Assembly: GCA_963779415.1 (NCBI GenBank)
Contig: CAVZYA010000001.1
Coordinates: 928,001 to 992,000, forward strand
Source of the DNA: an uncultured Acidobacteriota bacterium
GTDB lineage: Bacteria > Acidobacteriota > Thermoanaerobaculia > UBA5066
Direction of reading: 5' to 3'
Length of the DNA: 64,000 bases
A program made the position numbers and the translations under genes. The notes below the pieces were generated by a model that ran no database searches, was not told the origin of the DNA, and worked only from the letters and a program-made list of their open reading frames with translations. This document shows positions 36,177 through 46,691 of this stretch, in pieces (position 1 is the first letter of the stretch; each line of letters starts with the position of its first letter).

Positions 36177-38870
36177 TCACCGGGCCGTCTCCCCGCGCGC
36201 GCGCCGCTCGAGCTCGCCCCGCCAGCCGAAGACCATGTTGATCCGGGTGATCGGGCTCACCGCCTCGGCATTCCGGATGAAGAAGAAATGTCTGCCGTCC
36301 GGCCCGACCTCGTAATACCTGCCGGACTCGTAGCAACCGCATGAGAGGATCCGCTCGGGCAGCCCAGCCGAAAACGCGTGGGCCGTGTCGACCGGCACGC
36401 GCATGAGTCGGTCGCCGTTCAGGTAGAACAGCTCCCGCCCGTCCCGCGACCATTCCGGACGGACGCCCCCATCCGTCGAAATCTGCCACTTTCCTCCGGG
36501 CCCCGGGAAGGGACGGACGTAGATCTCGCTCCGGCCCGATTCATTGGACTCGTAAGCGAGGAAGCGTCCGTCGCGCGAGAATTCCGCGAACCATTCCCGG
36601 AAGGGGGTCCGCTCGAAAGGGGTGGGCTTGCGATCCCCTTCCATCGGGAGAATCAGGATGTCGAAGCCGGTCGTCGGGTCCAGCTCGCCGAACGCCAGGT
36701 AACGGCCGTCGGGAGACCACGACGTGGGGTAGATCCAGTTTCTGCTCGTGAGCAGCTGCTCCTCCGTACCGCTCCCATCGGCGGCTCGCCAGTAGAGGCC
36801 GTAGAGACCGTTGCGGAGGGACGTGTAGACGAGACGCTTGCCGTCGGGCGTCCAGATGGGGTCGCGGTCGTCATTGTCGAACGTCGACCGCGTCAGGGTC
36901 CCCCGATCGCGGTCGAAAATCCAGATATTCCAGGTTGCACCTTCGACGGTCATGGCGAGCCGTCGCCCGTCGGGAGAAAGAGACATGTCCTCGTAGGCGG
37001 AATCTTCTGCCGCGAGCGTCGCGGCCTCACCCTTCAGATCCAGCATGACAACCCGCCTCTTGACGGCCGCGCGGGTTCGAGGCACGTAGGCGAGCAGGCC
37101 GCTTCTCGAGACGGCGAACTGCTCGATCCCGAAGTCGTCGTCGGGCATGACCTTCTCGACGAACGGGACCGGCTCGCCGAGCAGTTTCAAGCCGTCCGGG
37201 TCAAACGGCGCGGCAAGGATCGCTCCCGAGCGGCCAAAGACGAGGAATCCCGGCTCGACGTAGTGGGGATTCGTGCCCTGGGGGACGATCACCTGCGACT
37301 TGCCGGTCCTGAGGTCGAGCGCCTCAATCTGGCCCTGGCTCGCCTGGAAGCCTCGGACGCTCGTGAAGAGCAGAGCCCGCACCATGGGGAGGGCTTCGGG
37401 CTCGAAGATGTCGCCCCGAGCGGGGTCGGCTTTCACGATCTCCGGACACGCTCCACCCGCGACCGACGCCTGCAGCAATCCTCCGGTCGTCGACGGCAGG
37501 AAAATGCTTCCGTCATCGGCCCACGCGGCCCCTGCGTAGTCGGACACCTGAGCGTCGCAGACCGGCAGGGACGGCCCACCCGACACCGCCACCTTCCGGA
37601 CCCTGTTGCCGGCCGTGTACCCCAGCCACTGGCCGTCCGGAGAGAAGAACGGTCTTGCCGCTCCATCTGTCTCCGCGAGAGGCGTTGCCTCAAACGAACC
37701 GATGGAGCGCACGTAGAGCGAGGAGGCCCCGGACTCGTTCTTCGCGACGTAGGCGACCCGGGCGCCGTCTCGCGAGACGGCGAGATTCGGTACACCGTCG
37801 ACTGGAAGCGCTTGTCCTCGTGGGAGGTCGAGGCTCAGGCGAACGACGGAAACCGCGGCCGGCCGGTGCGAAAGCCGTTCGAACCATCCCGCAACGAGTG
37901 CGCCGCCAAGAACGAGTCCGACGAGGCCCGCCGCCGCCGTCCGACGCATTCGAGAGCGCGAATCGGCCGGCCCGATTGCCTTGCCGCCCGACTCGCCGAC
38001 AGCCGCCGGTGAGTCCATCAGGCTGAGGCGCGCGTCGGCAATGTCGTGGACGCGCAGCCGGACGTCCTTTTCCAGGCAGCGCTTGAGGAGGCCACGGATC
38101 CCCGGCGGAGTTGTCGCGGCGAGAATCGACCAATCCGGCTCGGCACGCAAGACCGCCGCGAGCGTGTCGGAGACGGTCTCCCCTTCGAAGGCCCTCTTCC
38201 CCGTCAGCATCTCGTAGAGCACACAACCCCACGCCCAGATGTCCGCCCGCTTGTCGACCGTCTTCCCACGCGCCTGCTCGGGCGACATGTATGCGGCAGT
38301 TCCGAGAATGACGCCGGCGGCCGTGGCACGCGCCGTCAGCGTCGGCGACTGCGTGACGGCCGCCCCCGAACCGGTCGTCGAGCCCCGGTCTCCTTCGAAC
38401 GCCTTCGCAAGGCCGAAGTCGAGCAGCTTGACCTTCCCGTCTTCGGAGACTTTGACGTTCGCCGGCTTCAGGTCCCGGTGGACGATCCCCTTCTCGTGCG
38501 CCGCCTCCAGGGCCTCGGCGATCTGCTTCGCGACAGAAAGAGATTCGTCGAGTGGAAGGGGACCGGGGACCAGCCGCTGCCCGAGGTCTTCTCCCTCGAC
38601 GAGCTCCATGACGAGGAGATGTCGACCGGAGATTTCTTCGAAGGAATAGACGGCCGCAATGCCGGGATGGTTCAGCGTGGCGAGCGTGCGCGCTTCTCTT
38701 TCGAAGCGGAGCCTTCTCTCTTCATCCTCGAAGAACTCTTCCGGCAGCACCTTGATCGCGACGTCCCGCCCGAGCCGCATGTCCTTCGCCCGGTAGACCT
38801 CGCCCATCCCTCCCGCGCCGAGGGGGGAGAGGATCTCGTAGGCGCCGAGGCGAGTGCCGGCGGTGATCAC
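36177..38870 (-). CDS. K9: Ser/Thr protein kinase with TM helix and TolB-like propeller
   Basis: GTG start; HRDLKPAN, DFG, TAAYMSPE; TM AAAGLVGLVLGGALVAGWF. Confidence 0.93.
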   Translation of the reverse strand: MITAGTRLGAYEILSPLGAGGMGEVYRAKDMRLGRDVAIKVLPEEFFEDEERRLRFEREARTLATLNHPGIAAVYSFEEISGRHLLVMELVEGEDLGQRLVPGPLPLDESLSVAKQIAEALEAAHEKGIVHRDLKPANVKVSEDGKVKLLDFGLAKAFEGDRGSTTGSGAAVTQSPTLTARATAAGVILGTAAYMSPEQARGKTVDKRADIWAWGCVLYEMLTGKRAFEGETVSDTLAAVLRAEPDWSILAATTPPGIRGLLKRCLEKDVRLRVHDIADARLSLMDSPAAVGESGGKAIGPADSRSRMRRTAAAGLVGLVLGGALVAGWFERLSHRPAAVSVVRLSLDLPRGQALPVDGVPNLAVSRDGARVAYVAKNESGASSLYVRSIGSFEATPLAETDGAARPFFSPDGQWLGYTAGNRVRKVAVSGGPSLPVCDAQVSDYAGAAWADDGSIFLPSTTGGLLQASVAGGACPEIVKADPARGDIFEPEALPMVRALLFTSVRGFQASQGQIEALDLRTGKSQVIVPQGTNPHYVEPGFLVFGRSGAILAAPFDPDGLKLLGEPVPFVEKVMPDDDFGIEQFAVSRSGLLAYVPRTRAAVKRRVVMLDLKGEAATLAAEDSAYEDMSLSPDGRRLAMTVEGATWNIWIFDRDRGTLTRSTFDNDDRDPIWTPDGKRLVYTSLRNGLYGLYWRAADGSGTEEQLLTSRNWIYPTSWSPDGRYLAFGELDPTTGFDILILPMEGDRKPTPFERTPFREWFAEFSRDGRFLAYESNESGRSEIYVRPFPGPGGKWQISTDGGVRPEWSRDGRELFYLNGDRLMRVPVDTAHAFSAGLPERILSCGCYESGRYYEVGPDGRHFFFIRNAEAVSPITRINMVFGWRGELERRARGETAR

Positions 38871-41464
38871 TTCAGCCCTTCCGCCAGGTAGAGGTCGGAG
38901 AGGACCCGCGCGCAGATGAAGAGAATCGTCTTTCCGTCATCGGAGAGGGCCGCGGGTGAAAGCAGGGTGATGCCTGCCGGGTCGCCTGGCATGAGCTCTC
39001 TCCAGACCTCCCGGCGCCCGGTAGCGACGTCCAGCCGGAAGACTCGCGCGGGGAAGTCCCTCGCATCGGAGCGAAAGAAGAGAAACCGTCCGTCGGCGGT
39101 GAACCGCAGCGGCCTGTCGCCGGGCTTGAGACCCGGAATCGGGCTTGAGGGTCCGCCGTCCAACGATGAAAGGGCGACGCCCTCCGGCGTCGGGGTCACG
39201 AGCGACTTGCCGTCCGCCGAGAGGAGCCTTGCCACGACTCCCTCCGGGGTGACGGGCCTGGCCGCTCCTCCCGCGAGGTCCTGAACGAAGACGCGCGGCG
39301 GCCGCCCCGGTTCGTGGCCGGCGAAGACGATCCGCTTGCCGTCCGGAAGGAAGGCCCCGAACGGCCCGCTGACATGCTCGATCGCGTCCTTCGGAAACGC
39401 CTTCGGCTCTCCGGCTCCGGTCGGCAGCAGCATCATTTGCGAGGGCGTCGAGCGGAGGAGGGCGGTCAGCACCCATTTTCCGTCCGGGGAGAGCGCCATC
39501 GCGGCCCCCTCGCCGAGCCGCACGGGCGCGGAGCCATCCAGCTTGCGCAGGTAGACGGAGTACCCCGGACCGCCGGCGTCACCCTGCTCCGTGAAGACGA
39601 CCGTCTTCCCGTCCGCGGAGAGGATCGGGCCATACGACCACTCGAGTCCCGAGAGGTCCCGCTCCTTCGTCTGTCCGGGGAGGAGGCCGAGGAATCCGAG
39701 CCGCGCATTGCTCTCGACGAACAACACCCTTCCGTCGCGCGAGATATCCTGCAGCGTCATCCCGGAGGGAGTGGTCGCGACCGGGCGCTGGCGTCCCGAA
39801 AGGGTCACGGCGTAGAGCGCGCGGGCGCTCCCGGCTTGTGCCGCCGTGAACCAGATCTCGTCGCCGGAGACCGACCAGGCAATCCCCTGCGCGCTCTCCC
39901 ATCCGGTCGAGAGAGTCTTCTTCGTTCCCGACCGATCCACGATCGCAACGGAGCCGCGGTCGTCCCCGAAGAGGGGGTGGTCGAAAAACGCCACCGCGTC
40001 TCCCTTCGGAGAGATCCGCGGGTAGCTGATCCAGCCGGTCGTCTCGTAGAGCACCTTTCCGACCGGGAACTCCAGCTGGTAACGCCACCGGGGCGCGCGG
40101 ACGACCGCCATCGCGCTGCCGTCCGGAGACCAGTCCGCGTGACCCACGTCCTCGAGAAGCTCGCGCGGCGCGCTCCCGGAAAGGGACGTCTGGGCGAGCG
40201 TGCCGATCCTCGCGTACCCCGTGGAGAAATGGAGAAGGTCGAGGACGAGCATCTCTCCCTTGCTCGAGATGGACTCGACCTGGCCCGGGGGAAGAGCCAG
40301 TCGGAGCGACTCGGGACTCTCGGCCCGCACGGAGTAGAGCTGGGGTTTCTGGGCGCCTTCCCAGGACGCCGCATAGACGATCATCTGTCCGTCCGGAGCG
40401 AATCGGGCCGACCAGACGGGCCCCCGGCCATAGGTGAGCCTCTTGAAGGAGGGAGGAGCCGCCGGCGCCCTCTTCCAGACCACCCGGCCGGCGAAGAGCC
40501 CGGCCGCGATCGCGATCGCGATCGCGACGATGCCTGCAAGTCGAAGCCTTCCGGCGCGCGGGGAGGCCTTGCCCGTAGCGACCGCCGTGGCGCTCGCGCC
40601 CGTTCCCGAGCTTCCGGACAACGCTTCGAGAGCGAAGGCGACGTCGTGCGCCGAGTGGAAGCGCTGCTCGGGATTCTTCTCGATGCAGTGCCGGACGATC
40701 CGCTCGAGCCCGGGCGAGACGCTCTGGTTCGTGAGGGAGAGATCCGGCGGCTCCTCCCGGAGGATCGCCGAGATCGTCTCGGCCGCCGATTCGCCGTGGA
40801 ACGCTCTCCGTCCCGAGAGCATCTCGTAGAGGATGGCGCCGAAGGAGAAGATGTCCGACCGGGCGTCGGCCGCCTTCCCCTTGACCTGCTCGGGCGACAT
40901 GTACCCGAGCGTCCCCATCACGACGCCGGGCTCCGTCCCGGCGGAGGCCGTCGGCAGGTTGGTCGTAGGGCCCGCCACTTCCTGATGCGTCAGCTTCGCG
41001 AGACCGAAGTCGAGGATCTTGAGACGGCCGTCCCGCGTCACGAAGAGGTTCTCCGGCTTCAGATCGCGATGGACGATCCCTTTCTCGTGCGCCGCGGAGA
41101 GCCCATGGGCGATCTGCAACGCGTAGTCGAAAGCCTTTCGATGCGGCAGCTTCCCGCCCGAGAGGGCCGAGCGGAGCGTCTCGCCCTCGAGGAGCTCCTG
41201 GACCACGTAGGGCGCGCCGCCGTGCTGGCCGATGTCGTAGACGGCCGTGATGTTCGGGTGATTCAGGATCCCCGCCGACCGGGCCTCCTGCTCGAAGCGC
41301 CGCAGGCGATCGGCGTCCTGGGAGAGTGAGGCCGGGAGCACCTTGATGGCCACCTCGCGGCCGAGCCGCGGATCCTTCGCCCGGTAGACCTCCCCCATCC
41401 CCCCCGCGCCGATCTGGCCGAGGATTTCGTACGGGCCGAGACGCGTCCCCGGGGCGAGAGTCAC
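38867..41464 (-). CDS. K10: Ser/Thr protein kinase with TM helix and WD40/TolB-like propeller
   Basis: GTG start at 41464; [18 protein letters not shown]; TM LAGIVAIAIAIAAGLFAG; FKRLTYGRG...ARFAPDG ectodomain. Confidence 0.93.
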   Translation of the reverse strand: MTLAPGTRLGPYEILGQIGAGGMGEVYRAKDPRLGREVAIKVLPASLSQDADRLRRFEQEARSAGILNHPNITAVYDIGQHGGAPYVVQELLEGETLRSALSGGKLPHRKAFDYALQIAHGLSAAHEKGIVHRDLKPENLFVTRDGRLKILDFGLAKLTHQEVAGPTTNLPTASAGTEPGVVMGTLGYMSPEQVKGKAADARSDIFSFGAILYEMLSGRRAFHGESAAETISAILREEPPDLSLTNQSVSPGLERIVRHCIEKNPEQRFHSAHDVAFALEALSGSSGTGASATAVATGKASPRAGRLRLAGIVAIAIAIAAGLFAGRVVWKRAPAAPPSFKRLTYGRGPVWSARFAPDGQMIVYAASWEGAQKPQLYSVRAESPESLRLALPPGQVESISSKGEMLVLDLLHFSTGYARIGTLAQTSLSGSAPRELLEDVGHADWSPDGSAMAVVRAPRWRYQLEFPVGKVLYETTGWISYPRISPKGDAVAFFDHPLFGDDRGSVAIVDRSGTKKTLSTGWESAQGIAWSVSGDEIWFTAAQAGSARALYAVTLSGRQRPVATTPSGMTLQDISRDGRVLFVESNARLGFLGLLPGQTKERDLSGLEWSYGPILSADGKTVVFTEQGDAGGPGYSVYLRKLDGSAPVRLGEGAAMALSPDGKWVLTALLRSTPSQMMLLPTGAGEPKAFPKDAIEHVSGPFGAFLPDGKRIVFAGHEPGRPPRVFVQDLAGGAARPVTPEGVVARLLSADGKSLVTPTPEGVALSSLDGGPSSPIPGLKPGDRPLRFTADGRFLFFRSDARDFPARVFRLDVATGRREVWRELMPGDPAGITLLSPAALSDDGKTILFICARVLSDLYLAEGLK

Positions 41465-41465
41465 G

Positions 41466-44117
41466 TCAGCGCCCTTCCTCCGCAAACCAGTTCAGAACGA
41501 CCGTCGTGGGAGTCATGGCCTCGCGCCCGAGCGGGGCGGCGGTGAGAAAGCGGCGCCCGTCGGCCGTGGGCAAATAGCGGCTGCGCATCACTCCCGTCAC
41601 GAACCGTCCCGAGAAGAGCGGCTGCGGGACGCCGGCCGCAAAGCCGCCGGCTGTCTGGATGGCGACGGCCATGACCTTCTGGTCGGGCGCGCGGTAGTAG
41701 AGCTCTTTTCCGTCGGCCCGCCAATGGGGCTCCACCCCTCCCGACGTGGAGATCTGCCACTTCCCTCCCGGCCCGGGGAAGTTCTGGACATAGACTTCGG
41801 CCCGGCCTGACTCGTTCGACGTGTACGCGAGAAAACGGCCGTCGGGCGAAAGGACGGGCAGGACTTCGGCGAACTGGGTCGCCAGGAATGGAACCGGCTT
41901 CCGATCGCCGGACAGGGGGAGCGCCCAGATGTCCCAGCCGGTCTCTTTCGACTGCTTCATGAAAATCACGGTCTTCCCGTCACGAGACCAGTCGCACGGA
42001 ATCTTCAGCTCGTCCGACTTCAGCAGGAGCTTCTCTTCTCCCTGTCCATCGGCCCCCTTCTCGAAGAGGTCCTGGTTGCGCGTGAAGGCGATCGTCCGGC
42101 CGTCCGGAGACCAGATGGGGCAGAACGAGTCGCCGGCGCCGAAAGTGAGGCGGGAGCTGACCCCGCGCTTCAGGTCGCGGACCCAGACGTCGAGCCTGCC
42201 GCCGCGCGGATCGGCAAGGTCGAAGGCGAGCCGGTCGCCTTCCAGAGAGAGGGCCGGATTGTGATATTCGCCCGGATCGCCAACGTTCTCCGCTTCGTGG
42301 CCGGAGCGGTCCACCCAGACCAGCCGGTTCCCCGACTCGCCCGTCCGGTAGACGAGGGTCCCGTCCCGCGAGACCGAGAATCGCGCGAGACCGACGGCGT
42401 CGGTTCCGATGTGCTCGGCCAGGGGGACCGGCTCGCCAGTCGTCTTCAGCGCCTTCGCGTCGAAGGGTTGGGCGACGAGCGTCCGGTCGCGGACGAAGAG
42501 AAGATAGCCGGGTGGCGCGTACGCGACGAGCGTCTGCGCCGGCGCGAGCGACTTCGTTTCCGTCGAGTCGAGGGAGCCGATCCGGTACTCGTTCTCCTCC
42601 GGCTTCTGCCCGGTCGCCATGTAGAGGAAGTGCCGGCCGTCGGGCAGGAACTCCGGCCATGCGACCGTCACCTCCTTGAGGGCCGGTTCGGGCTTGACCG
42701 CGACGACCGGCGTCCCCCCGGCGGCCGAGACGCGGTGGATCGGATCGGTGGCGGTGCCGTCGTACAGAATGACGCCTTCGGGGCTCCAGGTGCCGTCCGA
42801 GCCGGTCGGGGCGTCGCAGATCTTCTGGGCCGGCCCGCCGGTGGCCTCGACCTTCTTCAGCTTCCCTTCGGCCACGAAGCCGAGGAACCGGCTGTCCGGG
42901 GACCAGAAGGGGCGCGTCGTCCCCTCGGTGCCTTCGAGCGGATGCGCCGCCAGCGCGTTCAGCGCCCGCACCCAGATTCGCGTCTTCCCGGAGGAGTCCG
43001 TCGCGTTGAACGCCAGAGTGCGCCCGTCGGGCGAGATGCGGGGCGCGCCGACCGACGTGACCCCTTCCGGCATGGGAATCTCGAACCGGACGGCGCGGCG
43101 TGGCGCCGGAGCGCGGCGGACGAAGCCGATGCCGAGAGCCAGGGCCGCGAGCGCGGCGACGCCGGCGACCGCCCAGGCGAGCTTCTCGCGGTTCTTCCTC
43201 CGCGCCACCACCGGCGCGGGGAGGCCGGCCTGCGAGCCCCCCTCCGCGATCCACTGAAGCTGCAGCCGGATGTCGTGAGCCGTCTGGAAGCGGTCCTCGG
43301 GATCCTTCGCAAGACAGGTCTTCACGACGCGGTCCAGCGCCGGCGGCGTCATCGGAGCGACCGCGGCGACCGAGGCCGGTTCGTCCTTCAGTATTGCCGA
43401 GATGAGCGCGGCCTGGCTCTTTCCGTCGAACGCCTTTCGGCCCGTCGCCATCTCGTAGAGCACGGCGCCGAACGAGAAGATGTCGCTCCGGGCGTCGGCG
43501 TCCTTCCCCTCGAGCTGCTCGGGCGCCATGTACTGGAAGGTGCCGAGGATCGTCCCCTGCTGCGTGATCGCCCTCGGCATCTCGGTCGGAAGCGACGTGG
43601 CCGAGGACGACTTCACCGGCGGCAGCGCCGTCTTGGCGAGGCCGAAGTCGAGGAGCTTCACGCCGGACTTCGTCAGCATGACGTTCCCCGGCTTCAGATC
43701 GCGGTGAATGATGCCGGCGTGGTGCGCCGCGTCGAGGGCCGCCGCGATCTCGATCGAGACCTTCAGGAGCTGTTCCGGTGGGAGCGGTCCGTTCGCCAGC
43801 CGTTCCATGAGCGTCTGTCCATCGGCCAGCTCCATGACGAGCAGATGCCGCTCCGGCTGCCCAGGCGCACCGGGAATCTCCTCGAAGGAATAGAGATGGG
43901 CGATGTTGGGATGGTTCAGGCTCGCGAGCATGCGCGCCTCGCGCTCGAAGCGCGCGATGCTCTCCCTGTTCTCGAAGAACTCTTCCGGCAGGACCTTCAG
44001 CGCGACCGTCCGCTCGACGCGGGTGTCTTTCGCTCTGTAAACCTCTCCCATCCCGCCTCTCCCGAGCGGCGAGAGGACCTCGTAAGGGCCGAGCTGGGTT
44101 CCGGTCGTGATCGTCAT
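41466..44117 (-). CDS. K11: Ser/Thr protein kinase with TM helix and TolB-like propeller
   Basis: Start MTITTGTQLGPYE at 44117; GRGGMG, HRDLKPGN, DFG, QYMAPE; TM LAWAVAGVAALAALALGIGFV. Confidence 0.93.
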   Translation of the reverse strand: MTITTGTQLGPYEVLSPLGRGGMGEVYRAKDTRVERTVALKVLPEEFFENRESIARFEREARMLASLNHPNIAHLYSFEEIPGAPGQPERHLLVMELADGQTLMERLANGPLPPEQLLKVSIEIAAALDAAHHAGIIHRDLKPGNVMLTKSGVKLLDFGLAKTALPPVKSSSATSLPTEMPRAITQQGTILGTFQYMAPEQLEGKDADARSDIFSFGAVLYEMATGRKAFDGKSQAALISAILKDEPASVAAVAPMTPPALDRVVKTCLAKDPEDRFQTAHDIRLQLQWIAEGGSQAGLPAPVVARRKNREKLAWAVAGVAALAALALGIGFVRRAPAPRRAVRFEIPMPEGVTSVGAPRISPDGRTLAFNATDSSGKTRIWVRALNALAAHPLEGTEGTTRPFWSPDSRFLGFVAEGKLKKVEATGGPAQKICDAPTGSDGTWSPEGVILYDGTATDPIHRVSAAGGTPVVAVKPEPALKEVTVAWPEFLPDGRHFLYMATGQKPEENEYRIGSLDSTETKSLAPAQTLVAYAPPGYLLFVRDRTLVAQPFDAKALKTTGEPVPLAEHIGTDAVGLARFSVSRDGTLVYRTGESGNRLVWVDRSGHEAENVGDPGEYHNPALSLEGDRLAFDLADPRGGRLDVWVRDLKRGVSSRLTFGAGDSFCPIWSPDGRTIAFTRNQDLFEKGADGQGEEKLLLKSDELKIPCDWSRDGKTVIFMKQSKETGWDIWALPLSGDRKPVPFLATQFAEVLPVLSPDGRFLAYTSNESGRAEVYVQNFPGPGGKWQISTSGGVEPHWRADGKELYYRAPDQKVMAVAIQTAGGFAAGVPQPLFSGRFVTGVMRSRYLPTADGRRFLTAAPLGREAMTPTTVVLNWFAEEGR

Positions 44118-46691
44118 CGCGCCCCCTCCACGAGAAAAAGATGCGACACCATCCGTCGACAGGCGTACGCGTAGTTCCTGCCGTCGTCGGTGAAGACGAA
44201 CGGTCCGACGCTCAGGACCCCGGTCAGGTCCGCGGGACCGATCTTCATCAGCGGCCCGCGCTTCCCCGTCGCGACCTCCAGCCGCTCGATGCGCGCCGGG
44301 ACTTCGCCGCTTCGGGTGACGAGAAGGGAGCGGCCCTCCGGGCTCCATCGGATGACGGAGTCGTCGGAAGCCGATCCGGGCACGGGCCGAGGCTCGCCCT
44401 CTTCGGACGGATAGAGCATGAGGGCGCCGCCGTTCGCCGTGACGAGGATCTGCCGACCGTCCGGCGAGACGAAAGCCTGATTCGTCCCTTCCGGAGTCAC
44501 GGGGCGGGGCTTGCCGCCCGCGATCTCCTGCACGTAGCAGCGGACGCCCTTGCCCTCCTCGTGGCCGCAGACGACGATCCTCTTGCCGTCCGGGAAGAAC
44601 TGCCCCGACTCGTAGCTGACGAGGCCGCCGCGCTCGAGTCGGCGCGGCTCGCCGGCACCCGTCGGGTAGAGCATGAGTTGCGGAGGGCGTCGTCGGAACG
44701 GCCGCCAGCGCCCACTTCCCGTCGCGGGAAAGGTCCAGGGCAGCCCCTTCGCCGAGACGCACGACGGGCGACCCGTCCGTCTGTCGCAGGCAGACCGCAT
44801 AGTTCACCCCGACACTCCCGCTCTCTTCCATGAAGAGAAGCGTCCTGCCGTCCGGGGTCAGCGCCACGGGGTCGGAGAGGTCGAGCCAGGAGAGGTCCCG
44901 CTCGCGCGCCTGCCCGGGCGCGAGGGCCGGCATCTCCCGGAAGAAATCGTCCCGTGTCGCGAGCCAGCGCCCGTCACCGCGAATGTCGTGAATCGTCAGG
45001 CCGCCGGCGCTTTCGAGCGCTGTCCGGCGCTTGCCCGAGAGGCTGACCGCATAGACACGGAAGTTGTTGTAGGCGGTCCCCGCGGAAAACATGACCTCGT
45101 CCCCCTCCGGCGACCAGGCCAGACCCTCCTCGCCCCAGTAACCCTCCGAAAGGATGGTCTTCTTTCCCGCGAGGTCCACGACGGCGACCTCGCCGCGATC
45201 GTCGTACTTGAAAGGGTGCTCGAAGAACGCGATCCGGTCCCCGCGCGGCGAAAAACGCGGGTCGCTGAAGTAGCCGCCCGTCTCGCAGAGAACCTTCCCG
45301 GCAGGGAACTCCAGCCGGTCCTTCCCGCCGACGTCGCGAATCACGGCGAGGTCCGCCCCGTCCGGAGACCAGTCGGCCTCGCGCACCCCGTCGCGCATCT
45401 CCCGGGGGGCGCCTCCTTCCAACGGCATCCGCGCGAGCGTCCCTTCGAAGAGGCTGTGCGCCCTGTAATGCGCGCGGATGAGGACGGCCAGCTCCCCCCG
45501 GGACGAGATGGAGAGCAGATGGCCGCCGGGCAGCAGCCCGCGGGGGCTCGCACCCGGATAGTCCGAGCGAATCGAGAAAATCTCCGGCGTGTTGCCGGAC
45601 GACGCCGCGCTGTAGACGACGGTCTTTCCGTCCGGGGCGAGCCGGGCGTTGAAGATCGGCTCCTGCCGGAACGTGAGCTGCCCGAAGGACGGGACGGCTG
45701 CGATCGATCTCTTCCCCCGCCACTGCCCGACGGCATACGAGAGGGCGGCGGCGAGGAGAGCCAGGGCGACGGCGGCCGCCGGCAACCACCGCCGGCCGCC
45801 ACGGGGCGACGCCGGTGTGGCCGCGCGGCCGGTAGAGGAGCTTCCCGCGAGCGCCTCGAGGTCGAACGCGAGGTCGCGAGCCGACTGGAAGCGCTCCTCC
45901 GGCTTCTTCTCCAGACAGTGCCGCAGGAGCCGGTCGAGCTCGGGGGAGATCTTCGCGCCCGAGACGTCCGGCTCCGCCGGCTCCTCCTTCAGGATCGCGC
46001 TCATCGTCTCGACCGCCGACCCGCCCTTGAATGCCCGCCGGCCGGTCAGCATCTCGTAGAGGACGCATCCGAATGCGAAGATGTCCGACCGCGCGTCGGC
46101 CGCCTCCCCTTCACCTGCTCGGGCGCCATGTAACCGAGGGTCCCGAGGAGAGTCCCGGCGTCCGTGGCCTTCGCGAGCGTCGGCGAGTTCGTGTCGTCCG
46201 CCCTCCGCGACCAGCCGCTGCTTGGCGAGCCCGAAGTCGAGGATCTTCACGCGCCCGTCCGTCGTGACGAAGAGGTTCTCGGGCTTGAGGTCCCGGTGGA
46301 CGATCCCCTTCTCGTGCGCCGCCGCGAGGCCGCGGGCCATCTGCACGGACCAGTCGAGGGCCTTGCGCGTCGCGGGACGCCCCGCCGCCAGGGCCTGCCG
46401 CAGCGTCTCGCCTTCGAGGAGCTCCATGACGAGGATGTGCCGCCCCCCGCTTTCTTCGAAGGAATAGATCGCCGCGATGTTGGGATGGTTCAGCGCGGCC
46501 AGCAGCTTCGCCTCTCTCTCGAGCCGCTGCCTCTTCTCTTCACTTTCGAAGAACTCTTCGGGCAGCACCTTGACCGCGACGTCGCGGTCGAGACGGGTGT
46601 CCTTGGCCCTGTAAACCTCTCCCATTCCCCCCGCGCCGATCGGGGCGAGGACTTCGTAGGCGCCGAGGCGCGTGCCGGGAGCGAGCGTCAC
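44114..46691 (-). CDS. K12: Ser/Thr kinase-TM-propeller with frameshifts near 46199, 46107 and 44683 (probable consensus errors, or a pseudogene)
   Basis: GTG start at 46691; [11 protein letters not shown]; GTLGYMAPEQVKG is recovered in a shifted frame; C-terminus SHLFLVEGAR lies in ORF 44114-44800. Confidence 0.8.
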